This document shows, piece after piece, positions 1 through 11,545 of a stretch of 64,000 nucleotides of DNA. The stretch covers positions 96,908,001-96,972,000 of the forward strand of contig NC_087472.1 of NCBI RefSeq assembly GCF_036321535.1, written 5' to 3'. The position numbers and the translations under genes are program-made. The stretch comes from Camelus dromedarius (Eukaryota). Every line of letters starts with the position of its first letter. Within the stretch, counting starts at the first letter, position 1. The notes beneath the pieces were generated by a model, which worked only from the letters and a program-made list of their open reading frames with translations, was not told where the DNA came from and searched no databases.

Positions 1-705
1 CTCCCTTGAAAGGTTGTTATGGGGCATTTTCTCTTCCACTCTACAGTTTTTTTAGGTCTGGGGCTTTTTGCTCTCCCCCTTTCCTGATAAGAGCTGCAGA
101 ATAGAAAACACTATAGTGTCTGTGACGTTGGTTTGCTATTGCAGACCACATTGCTAAATTCTTTAGTGATAAGGAGGCACGTGACCTTTGACCTTTGTCC
201 CTGGGACCTCTGCTGATTTGCATAGATGCTTTGAAAGGAAAGAACCCCATAAGTCTAAGAAAAACATTTCTTCGTTGTTGCTTATGTATCTGTGTCACCA
301 GTAAATTGAATCTGCTTCCTTCAGATGGGTGGCCATGACCACAGATAAAATACTCCCTCCTGAACTGAGGTGGCCAATTACACAGAGATGAAATGAGGTC
401 TGCTCCTATAGGACCAGGGAGGAAGGGATAATAAAGGATAGGTTTGGGCACTTGCTTAACAAGACTGTAGATGTCTCCCCTGCTAGTCCTGACCGTTATG
501 ATGGAGGGGAAGGAGGTGAGATCACCTAGTTGCCTAATGACTGATTCCATATTCCAAGCCAGTCTGGCCACAACCACCTTGCTGATGACAGGAAGAGGAC
601 CAAGAGACCTAGACCCCTTGCTGAGATTTGTGCTCTTTAGACAGCTGTTTATCGAATACATTCAGTACCACCTTTCTACTCAGATCTTTCTTATAAGAAC
701 AGAGT

Positions 706-864
706 GGGGGAGGGTATAGCTCAAGTGGTAGAGCGCATGCTTAGCATACAAAAGGTCCTGGTTCAATCCCCAGTACCTCCTACAAAAATAAATAAGGAAA
801 CCTAATTACCTCTCCCCACCAAAAGAAAAAATCTTAAAAAAATAATTCAAGCATTAAAAAAAAA
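706..864 (+). mobile_element. tRNA-Ala-derived SINE (camelid vic-1 type)
   Basis: ggggagggtatagctcaagtggtagagcgcatgcttagc head with A box and B box (ggttcaatccc), aaacctaattacc body and A-rich tail. Flanked by aagaacagag/aagaacaaag. Absent from the paralogous site near 9050. Confidence 0.9.
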
Positions 865-959
865 GAACAAAGAGGTCTAGGGTAGGGGTTGGGAGCCTTC
901 CTTCTTTAGCTGGAACAAGAGGCTTTTATCCTATTCAGGGTGTTTTATAGACCTGATGG

Positions 960-2090
960 CACTCAAAGTTGTGTAACCTTTCAGCTCTTGTGGACACTAG
1001 GGCAAAAGTTACTGTGGTTCTTAGAAGGTACCATGGATATGGTAAAAATTTCATGTTAGATGGGGTATAACTCTCAGATTGGACTGTGGACTGATGTGAG
1101 TTTATGGGTGGGCCCTCACAAACCAATGCACACACAAGACTTTGTAACTGTTACTGCTGAATATATTGTGGGAAGATTTGTGTTAGATATATGTAATTGT
1201 TCTCTTGATTGTAAGGGATGTTCCCAATAAGAGAAATGTCATGACTGGCACAGTGGTCATGGGATGAATGGACAAGTGGGAGCCCACCAGGCTTTCCCAA
1301 TTCAGCCATGAGATATTGGTAAAGCTCTGGGGGAAGGATGGGGAAGAAGGTCTCTACACTGATCAACAAACTAATGCAGACAGAGATGCTTAAAGAGAAT
1401 ACACCACCTTACAATAAGCCTGTGTGACCAGTGAGAAAAGCCAGTGGGACATCCCACCACCACGTGGATTACTGTAAGCTTGGTTCAGTAGCAGTCCTCC
1501 TCACTCCTGTAGTTCCAGTTATTATGATGGTCACGGAGTCCACTGTGCCGGTTGTATGTAGCACTGGCCATTGTAATGCTTTTTTTGGATTACACTGTGA
1601 TTGGATGATCAGAGGCTACCTGCCTTTATGGAGCTCAGAATGTAATACGTGTTCTCCAGTCTGCTGCAAGGTGCCCTGAGGCACTCTGTGATTTCACTGG
1701 CTGACTGGCTGACTGAATTCTCACCAGAGGAGTCCTGGTACCATTAAATGATGACATTATTCTGATAGAAGGACTAAGGGCAGTGTATTATCTTTGTTTT
1801 ATGGACAGCCTAGTACCTGTGCAACCACTGTTGGAAGTTTAACCCTGAGAAGAATCAGCAGCCAGCTACCTAGATATAGTTCTGGTGAACCATATAAGCT
1901 GGTGCCCAGGTAACATTCTCTGAGCTCGTTCAGGAAAAACTGATGGCCTAAAAACCTCCAGAATACCAAATTTGGTAGAGCATATTATAATTTGATCAGT
2001 GTTGAATGAACTTCATACCCCATATAGGGAGCCTGTTCAGCCCATTATAAAAAATTACTTAAAAGGTAGCTATTTTGAATCAGTGTGCTG
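960..2090 (+). pseudogene. pol: Dead retroviral protease and reverse transcriptase (ERV-L type)
   Basis: DTGA-like motif (DTRA), VDY(R/C)KL, YIDD-equivalent LNDD, and PIIKNYLKGSYFE resembling ERV-L PIYRVTRKAASFE; broken reading frame. Confidence 0.75.
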
Positions 2091-2098
2091 TAGAAACT

Positions 2099-2509
2099 TT
2101 TTTTTTCCTTCAACAAACATTTATTATTATGTGGACCTGGCTTTTTGCCAGACCCAGGGGATACAAGAGGGGACAGACGGGGGCATGGCCGGTACAGTTC
2201 ACACTGTAGGGGACGGCGACCCTCCCTTGTCTTCCATCCTCACCTCCACCTGGCAAGGCAGCTGAATGGAGGGGGGGCACCACGCAGGTGACTGGAGGGA
2301 AGGTGTGCTCATTTCTGAATTAGGGACCACGAAGCCACAGGAGGACAAGGCGGCACGTGAAACTGGAGATGCCAGCAGTGAGGCGGAAGGCTCTGGAACT
2401 GCAGAAAGAATTCTGGGCTTAAAACGAGATGTGGGCGGCAGGGGCTCATGGGTAAGCAATTCAGAAATTGTGGGGGGAAGAGCCTTGTGTGCTCTGGCTG
2501 TGAGAAGCG
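2099..2509 (-). pseudogene. 5'-truncated retrocopy of an unidentified GC-rich transcript 3' end (contains an L2 3' terminus)
   Basis: Exact 10-bp TSD tgtagaaact (2089-2098 and 2510-2519). Short T tract at the left end. Minus-strand AATAAA about 15 nt before the A tract. CpG-rich relative to CpG-poor ERV flanks. ERV pol is contiguous once the insert is removed. Confidence 0.7.
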
Positions 2510-2519
2510 TGTAGAAACT

Positions 2520-4100
2520 CTTAAACGCTGTATAGACCAGCCTTTCTACTTGAGCAAATCACTCATGCAGTGTGTTTTGAGAGAAAGTGTCAGAGACTGA
2601 CTTTTAAGTGGACTGGAACCTGTGGCAAAAAGATGTGGCCACTAGGGAATGGCACCCTTTGGGATTTTTTTGTGGCACTTGCCTGACATCACCACTAGAT
2701 ATGCTCCATTTGAAAGACTTGTTAGTGGGTGCTGATGGACATTGAGAGAGTAACAGAGCATGAGCAGGAGTTGATATGCCCTAACTTTCCTATCATGAAG
2801 AAGTAAGTCCCAAATGAGAACTCCATCCAAGTGGATATTGCTCAAGAGATATCCATTTCTATGGGAAAGCGGTATATCTAGAGAAGAATTAAACTCAGAC
2901 ATGAATGGTGCCTCTGAGGTTCAGCAAAAAGTGTCCAGTAACTCTTCAAATGCTAGTGACTTGAGATGCAGAGATAGTGCCAGCACCCCATTTTCTGATG
3001 GCTTCTGTACAAACAGGCTCCTGAGGATGCCTGCGTCTGATACATGGACTCATCCACCAAACTGCAGGCAGATAGACCCTGGAAAAGCGCAGTCTGCCCA
3101 GATGGTAGAGCTTGCCTGCATAGCCTGCAGGTGGTGGTGCTTGCCCTGGAAAACAGCCCCCAACATGTACCTTGTTACATTTGATTGACTCTTGGGCAGG
3201 AGCCCGTGGGCTGACAGTGTGGACAGGTACCTGGCAGCGGAGTGACTGGATGATCGAGTCTCAGAATCTGTGGTAGCAAAAATCAGCCAGTTATACAAGA
3301 TGTATACCTCCTATTTGTGCTCTGCATGATGCACATGAATCACTTTGAGAATGAAATTCATTGGCATCAACAAGGTGATCAGATACTTCCTACCCAGGTT
3401 GGCACCCTGATCACCTGGATAGACTATAAACTAGGCATGGTAATCCATCTACAGTTTGAGACCTGGTCCCAAAACAAGACCCTGTGATTCCAGCACATGA
3501 GGCCAGGGAGCCTGGAAATGTGCCAGAGTGCCAGCTGTCCATTCAGGCAGAGAGGGCATCTCCGGGTCCCCTACACAGAGGTGCTGGACCTGGCTTTGTA
3601 CTCTCAGGATTACTACTGGGCACAGGCTGTAATAAATCCCCTTTCTGATTATGTCACTGCCAACTTTTTGTACGAGCACAGCAAATGGGGAAATTTCACG
3701 CAAGGACTTATAGTTGGATTGTAATTTTATTTGGATTTGTTGACCACATGCAATCAGACATTGGAACCACTTTTATAGTAAACCGTACTCGGCAGTGGGC
3801 TACTTCATGTGACGTTCAGTGGACCATTTATTCCCTGCGTCATCTCCAGGCAGCAGATGCCACTGAAAGATGGCTTGAATTCTTCAAAAAAAAAAAAAAA
3901 AGAGGAGTAGACAACTGAATCTCATTTCCCAGTGGAGCACACACTTAAGAAAGTCAGTTTGGCGTGTAAATGTGGCACTCCTCCGGCAGATACCTCCCAT
4001 TTAAGTTGAATGTTTAATGAGTCTGGGGGTGTGGGGAGGAGGCCCAGATTCTGGTTAGGGAAGAAAATGCCTCCCACATTGGTGACTCCCTCAAAGTTTC
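2520..4100 (+). pseudogene. pol: Dead RT-connection/RNase H/integrase (ERV-L type)
   Basis: DWNLWQ (cf. VWSLWQ). ORFs 2814-3188, 3497-3724 and 3685-3918 carry RNaseH motifs and integrase D-D-E core remnants. Confidence 0.8.
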
Positions 4101-4559
4101 ATTCCCCCTTCTTCCACCTCAGCTTTTCCTCACTCTGTGGTAGGAAATGGACTAATGCTAGCTGATCCAGTTTTGCTCAGGTTTTTGGCAGGACAGTACA
4201 TTACATCATTTTAGAATATGGAGTTCTAGACATTTATTTTGTCTTTTGGAGCCCCTGCCAAAATGCTTATACCTGAGGATGTGTTACTTTCAACATCCAG
4301 TTCAAGGCAGGCTTTCCAGACGTGTCTGACCCACAGTTCCTTCCCTCACTGCACCCTTAATTGTAGGTACTGTGGGTGCACCTCCTTATCCACTTTGAAA
4401 TGTTGGGGAAGCCAGTGCCTCTTCAGCCCATCATTCTATGATATGTCAGGGTGCATGCAGACTCTTCCATTCATAGACTTCCTTGTGTTCTCTCCTGGCT
4501 TGCAGTCTTCTGGTTCTTAGAGTTTTATATTGGATTATCTCCAGTCCAAGCTTACCCTC

Positions 4560-7500
4560 CAGCTGTCAAGCAGGGGTATTTAGACCTAGTGAGTATTCTC
4601 TGAGAGCCTCTTTGGTATTATCCAAGGCCCCCTAAAAAGACTTGGTATTTGTTGGTTGTTGATTTCACTACAGCTTCTGGTGTCTAGTCAATCTGGACTG
4701 ACCACTGTGTGTAATCCTTCTGTTTGGCAAATACCAGTTTCCCACTTTTATACTCTTTCTGTCATTTGTATTGTGATGAGTTGGGGCTCCAGGTACCAAG
4801 CTAGGAATCTCCATCCCAAGTTGGCATGCGAGGTGGTGGTGGCACATTAGGGTTCCTATCTTGATGTTGGCCCTGGGTTCAACTTTCCCATGGACAGGAC
4901 AGTCTGGCCCCAGTTTCTTAGACAAATTATATTTCTCCATGGTATTTTAACCTCCTTCTCCTGAAGTCAGCTAAGTTATAATGTCCTCTTGGAAAAATAC
5001 TCGTCAGACCTTTCATTTCATAGTAAGACAAGTTGATATTGGAAAGGGAGGGCTGAGCTTCTAGAAGGGCTCCTTGGTTAATTGCTGCCAGAACTGATTT
5101 ATGAAAAAATACATATAAGGGATGAGTATGTGGAAATGGATTCCATTAGGATTCTCCCTGTCCAGCTTAACTAGACAGGTACCTAGGAAGGAAGAGTGTA
5201 TTTTGTGTGCTGAGCCCCATGAAGGCAAAGAGGCTTTGATCATCTGATTGCAGCAAGATATGAAGAAAACATTAACACATCCACTACTGCATACTAAGCT
5301 CTTCAGTCTGTGGAATGGACTCCATGACTGTTACGACATCTGGAACCTTAGGAGCGGGGAGGACTGTTGCCACATTGAGATGATGATAATCCACAGAGAC
5401 GAGGAAGGAGCACTGGCTTTTATCACTGGACTGTTGTAGGGTGGTATAGTCTTTTTAAGCACCTCTGTCCCCATTAGTTCCTTGATCTGTGTAAGGAACC
5501 TCTTAGCACTTGCTGTCTAACCCAGTAGCGTGCACTGCTTTACTGCTATCTCACTGCAGGGCTGGAGAAGCCTTTTGAGCTCCAGATTATCCATCTGCCC
5601 CACTACCACTGTTCTAATGGCATTTCCCCATTGGGAACATCCCTTACAATCAAGAGAAGAACTCCACACAGTTAACACAACTGTTTCCACAAAACACTCA
5701 GAAGTATCAGTTATAAAAAGTTGTATGTGTATTGGTTCACATGGGCTCTGCTGTAAACTCACATCAGTCTGTAAGTCCAATCTGAGAGTTGTTTCTACAT
5801 CCGAAGTAAATTTTTGACTGGGCGCATATACAGACTACCTTTCCACATAGCAAAGTCACCTGTGCAGAGCATTTTTTGAGAAAGTGTCAATGACTGATTT
5901 TTATACAGATTAGAACCTGTGTAAAACAATCTGGCCACCAGGCAATGGCACCCCATGAAATTGGTTCCTGGCAGTGCCTTCAAACTGCCACCTGCCGTAT
6001 CCCATTTGAGAGACCAGTGCTGCCTTTTTAGCGCATGTGGGTGGACGCTGAGAGAGTAACAAAGCAAGAGTAAGTTGTTATGACTTAAATTTGTGATAGT
6101 GTGATGCGATGCAAATGAGAATCCGACCAATATTATTGCCTAAGAAACATCCATTTTAAAGTGAAAGTAGTATAGCCACAAAAGAAGTGAACGAGACATT
6201 AATGGTGTCTACAAGGTACTGAGAAAAAGTGTCCAGGCACCCTCCAGATGAGGCTGTATCAGATGCAACGTGTGTGTCACCTCATCTGCCTTGTGACAGC
6301 TTCACGACAGCCAGGTTCCTGCAGAAGCCTGAATATGGTGCCTGGTCACATCCACTAAGTTAATGGCAAGTGAAGTGTGGTTGGAAGTGGAAGTCATCTG
6401 ACCCCAGAGAACATTGCTTGCACCTGTTCATGGACAAAAGGGACTGCTGCTCAGCGGGTGGGGTCTGGGCTGTGATGCTTGTCTGAAAACATCCTCCCCT
6501 CCAACATGCACATCACTACTTTTTGGCTGACTCTGGGGTACGCACCTGTGTGCTGACAGCTGGCACTGGTACCTGGCAGGAGGCTGCCCAGATGATCAAG
6601 TCTCGGCCTCTGTAGTGGCAAACGTGGTCAGCTAATTGTCCGAGATGCACACATCCTTTCCATGGTCCATGTGGTGCACGTAGATGAGGACAGTTTGAAG
6701 ATGAAAATCAGTGGAATCAACAAGCTCATCAAGTCTGCACTGCCCAGGTTAAGACCATGCCCACCTGGACAAACTTCACACAAGAATGGTAACCCATGTA
6801 CAAATTAGGCCCTGTCCCCCAAACAATTCCTAGTGATTCTGGCACATGAGGCCAAGGAAGCCTGGCAAACGTGCCCAGAGTGCCAGCTGCACAGTCAAGG
6901 AGAGAAGAGGTCTCCAGTTTCCATACAGAGATGGGCCAGGCCAGGCCTCTGCCCTCCTCTCACGGTTACCATGGCCATAGACTGTGGTAGACCCCTTTTC
7001 TGACTATCGGCCTGACAATCCTGTGCACATCACATGGGGGATCTATACAAGGACTGCTAGTTGGACTGTGTATGTTTCTTTCTTTCTCTCTTTCTCTCTC
7101 CCCACCCCTTCTCCCTCTCTCTCTTTCCCTCTTTCCTTTTTTGCATTTGCCAGTGACACCTAACCAGATAATGGTGCCACCTTTATGGCAAAACTACCCA
7201 GCAGTGGGGGTCTCCATGGGACATTTGATAGACCATTCATACCCCGTGTCATTTCCAGACAGCCAGTGCTATTGAAGGGTGATGTGGATTCTTAAAGAAA
7301 AAACATGAAAAGAAGTGTAAAAGCCATGCTTACCTCCCAGTGGAGCACACACTAAAGAAAGTCAGATTGGGCTCTAAATGTGGCTTTTCCCAGCAGGTCC
7401 ATCTCATTGAAATAGAAAGTGTAATTATAAGTTGAGTAAAAGGGAAGGAAACACAGATTACAGGCAGGTAGAAAATGCCTACCACTATGTCAGCTGTGTC

Positions 7501-7960
7501 TGAACTATCTTTCTTCTTTCTTCCACTTCACTTTTCATTAATGAGGTTGTCAGTGGTCAGTGCCAGGCAGACCAGTTGGCTCAGAATTTGGTAAGATGTT
7601 AAGGTCCTTACTGCATAATGTGGGGTCCTTGGTATCCATCATTTTGGTCTTTGGAGCTTCTGCTAACACTTATATCAACATCATTTTGCTTTCAAAATCT
7701 CTTACAAGGCAGGCTTTCAGGAATGTGTTTGATCCAGAGCATCTTCCTCACTGCACCCTTAATTGTAGGTACAGTAGGTGTATTTCTCATCCACTTTAAC
7801 TATTTCAAATTGGAGGGGAGCTAGTATCCCTTCACCCCACCATTCTGTGACTTGTCAGAGTTCATGCATATATATTCCCTTCTGCTCTCTCCGGGCCTCT
7901 AACCTTCTGGTTGTTCTCAACAGTTTTTATATTGCATTATCTCCAGTGTGAATTTGTCCC
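4560..7960 (+). mobile_element. ERV-L-like array unit 2 (leader/gag fragment, inverted pro-RT, RNaseH-IN)
   Basis: Colinear with unit 1 at an offset of about 3.3-3.4 kb: aaaaagtgtccag 2926/6224, cccagtggagcacacact 3928/7336, cctcactgcacccttaattgtaggtac 4344/7746. Confidence 0.8.
5160..5816 (-). mobile_element. Inverted protease-RT segment within unit 2
   Basis: Reverse complement aligns to ~1045-1680, e.g. aactctcagattggact..gactgatgtgagttta and ttctcttgattgtaagggatgttcccaat. Encodes VPDVVTVMES..YAVVD..NVFF, like ERV-L RT. Confidence 0.85.
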
Positions 7961-9499
7961 TTAACATTCACACCTGGGTGCTTAGGCTGTGGATTTCCTG
8001 GTATATTTTGGTATATTTATAGGCCCCTGAAAACACTTCATTATTTGTTGGCTATTGACTTTATTCCAGCTTCCAGTATTAATTCAATCCTGATGACCAA
8101 CTTATGTAACTTTCAATTTAGGAAGTACGAGTTCCCTGCCTTTGTACTCCTTCTGCCATTTGGATTGTAATATATTAGGTCTCTAAAGACCAAAGTAGGA
8201 AGTGTGATCCCAATTTTTGTGTGAGCTGTTCGTGGCACCTCAGGGAGCCCCATCTGCTTGTTTTATCCTTATGGTGTGGGCTATTAGTGACTTGTTTCCT
8301 TTGATAAATTTACTCAATGTGATTTTTAATCCCTTTATCTGGAGACTGATAAGGATACATTACCCTTTTACAAAAATATAGGTGAGAGCCTGAAGGTCAA
8401 AATAGGACAAGTTGATAGTGAAAGGAAGGGAGGAGATGCTGGGTGTGCTCCTTGGTCATTCTTGGACTCATGTAACATAGGAAACTGTATATATGGGAGA
8501 AGAGTATGTGGAAATGGATTCCATTAGGTTTCTTCTTCCCAGATACCTCTAGAAAAGTGTTTTTTTTTTTATTAATTGAGGCTCTGTCTTCAGTTAGAGA
8601 ATCACTGCTTTTTTTGTATATGTCACTCAGCAAAATGAATGAGAACACAAGAGACATGGGGAACAGTAGAGAAAAATGAAAGGGGAAGGTGAGAAAATGG
8701 TGATGAATTTTGAGTGATCCAAGAACACAAGTCTCTGGGTGTAAGTAGCAATGTGGGTGTAACCCAGTGCCCCGTTATCCTGTCTTCTGTGGGTTGTCAT
8801 AGTGCGTGCAGCCCTCACCATATCTGTAAGTGCTTTCAGGTCCTGGGTTAGCAGACTCCTCGTTTTTGTGGGAGGATCATTTCGTGCCCAAACTTAACCC
8901 CATCTTCAAGCAGGGGACTTTGTACAAGTGGGTTTTCTCAAGAGACCACTTTTTTCATATTTTTAAAGACAAATTAAAAAGTATAAAACCTTGACTTCCT
9001 TTTTGTCCGGCAGATATGGGAACCCTGCTAGTTGTGCTGGTTTTTAAGAACAGAAGTGTTTAGGGTAGAGCTCAGTATCCTCCCTCTAATAGGAATCAGA
9101 GGCCTTATGCACTGGTCAGGATTTGAAAGCACCCAAGATCACCAAAGCTTTCAGCTGTATAGAAGCAAGCCACTGTGCTGCGTAGAAGTTCTCATTGGCA
9201 TGGTTAAGATTTTCCTTGGACTGCATGTGGAGATAACTTTCACACTGGAATGAGTGTATGGGTGGGCACTTTCAGGAGGTAAGTTTCCTGGCTGTTCTTG
9301 ATTATAACTTTAAAAGTACATCATTGCAGGTTCCAACCTTCATCCAGGGGTTTTTGAACCAGAGAGTTTTCTCAGAGAGTGTCTTTGGTAATTTTAAGGT
9401 CCCTTAAAAATAATAGAAATATATGTTTTGGGGCAGCTGAGAATTCAGTGTGTCTTAATCTCCTACCTTGTGTTATCAAATAGTGCAAACATGCATGGG

Positions 9500-9642
9500 T
9501 GTTTTTTCTTTGGAGGGGGGAGGTTATTAGGTTTATTTATTATTATTATCATTATTTTTATTTTAATGGAGGTACTGGAGATTGAACCCAAGGCCTTGTG
9601 CATGCTAGGCAGGCACTCTGTCACTGAACTATCCCCTCCCCC
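9500..9642 (-). mobile_element. vic-1-type SINE
   Basis: Reverse complement of the tRNA-like head (gaggtactggagattgaaccc..gcatgctaggc..actatcccctcccc) plus body and tail. Confidence 0.85.
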
Positions 9643-9854
9643 ATGTGTGGTTTTCCTGCGGTTCTCTGTATGACTTCTATGTTGTCATATAACTTTAGAA
9701 CATAGTCAGAATTGAATTTGATCAGTATTTCTTCATGTGAGTTCCTTTTGAGTTGATTTGGTGTCAGTGGGGTCAACAAGAAATTAACTATCTGTTCTTT
9801 TCCTCTATGAAAAATGATTTGGGGACTTCTTCCCATGTTTTGTAGGAAAGCTCA

Positions 9855-10150
9855 TGCCATGTTGTCAAAAATGGCAGGATTTCATCTTTTTTATGGTGAG
9901 TAGTATTCCATTTTGTATTCTTTATCCATTCATCTGTTGATGGACACTTAGGTTGCTTTGATATCTTGGCAATTGTAAATGCTGCGATGAATATACGGGT
10001 GCATATATCTTTTCAGATTAGTGTTTTTGTATTCTTTGGATAAATGCCCAGAAGTGGGATAGCTGGAGCATACGGTAATTTTATTCGTACTTTTATGAGG
10101 AATCTCCATACTGTCTTCCATAGTGGCTGCACCAGTTTACATTCCAACCA
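9855..10150 (-). mobile_element. L1 fragment (ORF2 3' end)
   Basis: gtagtattccatt..gatggacacttaggttg..ccatagtggctgcaccagtttacattcc, typical of L1. Confidence 0.8.
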
Positions 10151-10519
10151 GCTGGAAGTGCAGCTCACTCCCAAATTAGAATTCTTTGTGAGGACTCTTA
10201 AGACTGCTGCGTGTTTGGATATGCCAACAATGGTACTTGGTTTATAGGGTGAAGTACACAGCGTAGGCAGCTACGTAGGATGTTTGCTGGATCATTAATT
10301 CTCTGTGTAATAAAAAGGTAGGAGCTACCATTGAAGAATGGCTTGGATTCTTAAGGAATATTCTGGAAAATAGGAATATGTTACCATTGCTCAGCTCCAA
10401 GTGAAACGCTGATTAAGAAGGTCAGTTTGGGTTTTAAATGTAGTACTTCCCAAGAAAGTTACCTCTTGTTTAAATAGAACATTTAATTATGTGTTTTGGG
10501 ATTGGAGAGGGCAGATTCT

Positions 10520-10845
10520 TTGTTTTTAATTTTTGCTTTTTATACAACTTTTAAAGGTTACTTTCCACTTAGAGTTATTACAAAATATTGGCTGTATTCC
10601 CTGTGTTGTACAGTACATCCTTGAGCCTATCTTACACCCAGCAGTTTGTACCTTCCACTTCCGACTCCTATATTGTGTCCCCCCCCCCACCCCCGGTAAC
10701 CACTAGTTTGTTCTCTGTATCTGTGAGTCTGCTTCTTTTGTGTTATATTCACTAGTTAGTTGTATTTTTTTAGATACATTTTTGTATAAGTGATATTGTA
10801 CAGTATTTATCTTTCTCTGTCTGACTTATTTTACTTAGCAGAATG
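10520..10845 (-). mobile_element. L1 3' UTR fragment (artiodactyl type)
   Basis: T-rich left end, ggtaaccactagtttgttctctgtatctgtgagtctg, tctctgtctgacttattttacttagc. Confidence 0.75.
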
Positions 10846-11374
10846 AAGGCTAGATTGTTGGCAGTGGAGAATATGCCTAGCATACTGACCACTGTCACTA
10901 AAGAATTCTGTATTCCTTCCAACGAAACTCTTTTATGTCTTTGGGCTTAAACATGGGGTGATGCCAGCAGAACCAGTTATGTTCTATTTCTTTACAAGAT
11001 AGCCTAGCTCCTCAACTTAGAATATAGTTGTACTGGGCATCTAATGATTTACCATTTGGATTTTTGCCATATCTCTCACATGTGAGGGGATGTTCAACAA
11101 CCTGTTCAGTGCAGACTTTTAGAGATGCATCTGAATCACTGCACCATTAGTCATTACACTCTTAATTGTAGGCGCTGCTGGTAATTTTCTAATGCACTTT
11201 ACATATTTCAGACATTCCTCTTTCCTTGTATACAGCCTTATAGTTCCCGCAACTGTACTGCTATGGTCTCAGGCTTCCTCTGAGAGGGGAAGATAACCTG
11301 CCCAGAAGGACCTTCATCTAGTGTGTCATCTTCCTCTTGCCTAAGCACACAGGTTTTGATGAATTATTTTTGGT

Positions 11375-11510
11375 TTAATTCTGAGCTCTCCCAGTTATTG
11401 ACCATGCGGCCTTGGGGGAGATATTTAAACTCGCTGAGCCTCAGATTCTTCACTGTTACATAGGAGATACTTCATGACACTCCCTCTGAATTGTAGCCTA
11501 AACGAGTTGA
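11375..11510 (+). mobile_element. MIR fragment
   Basis: ccttggg..tttaaactcgctgagcctcagattcttcactgt resembles the MIR core. Confidence 0.55.
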
Positions 11511-11545
11511 TAGGTATCAAACTTTATACCCTGATACTCAGAATT

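Larger units (their letters stand above)
1..4560 (+). mobile_element. Degenerate ERV-L-like (class III) provirus internal region, array unit 1 (gag 3' part-pro-RT-RNaseH-IN); probably continues upstream of the window
   Basis: Colinear pol motifs on the + strand. Protease ALVDTRAKVTVV (~984-1020). RT PPYNKPV*PVRKASG..VDYCKL (~1400-1480) and LVPLNDDIILI (~1735-1767). RNaseH PFSDG, QSAQMVEL, LIDSWAGARGLTVW (~2990-3222). IN core HMQSDIGTTF..RQWA..QWT..ERW (ORF 3685-3918). These match HERV-L/MuERV-L pol as recalled; many stops and frameshifts. Confidence 0.85.
7960..11230 (+). mobile_element. ERV-L-like array unit 3 (gag-like and protease parts, large deletion, IN C-terminal part), interrupted by SINE and L1 pieces
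   Basis: gagtatgtggaaatggattccattagg at 8502 is identical to 5124. 9040-9280 parallels 690-1120. cattgaagaatggcttggattctt near 10330 parallels 3861 and 7270. cttaattgtagg again at 11161. Confidence 0.7.

Noticed and set aside
41..661. 206-aa minus-strand ORF, considered as an env-like or domesticated gene
   Set aside because: It is antisense to the ERV gag region, with no signal peptide, furin site, CX6CC motif or transmembrane anchor. One ORF of this length in 64 kb is plausibly chance.
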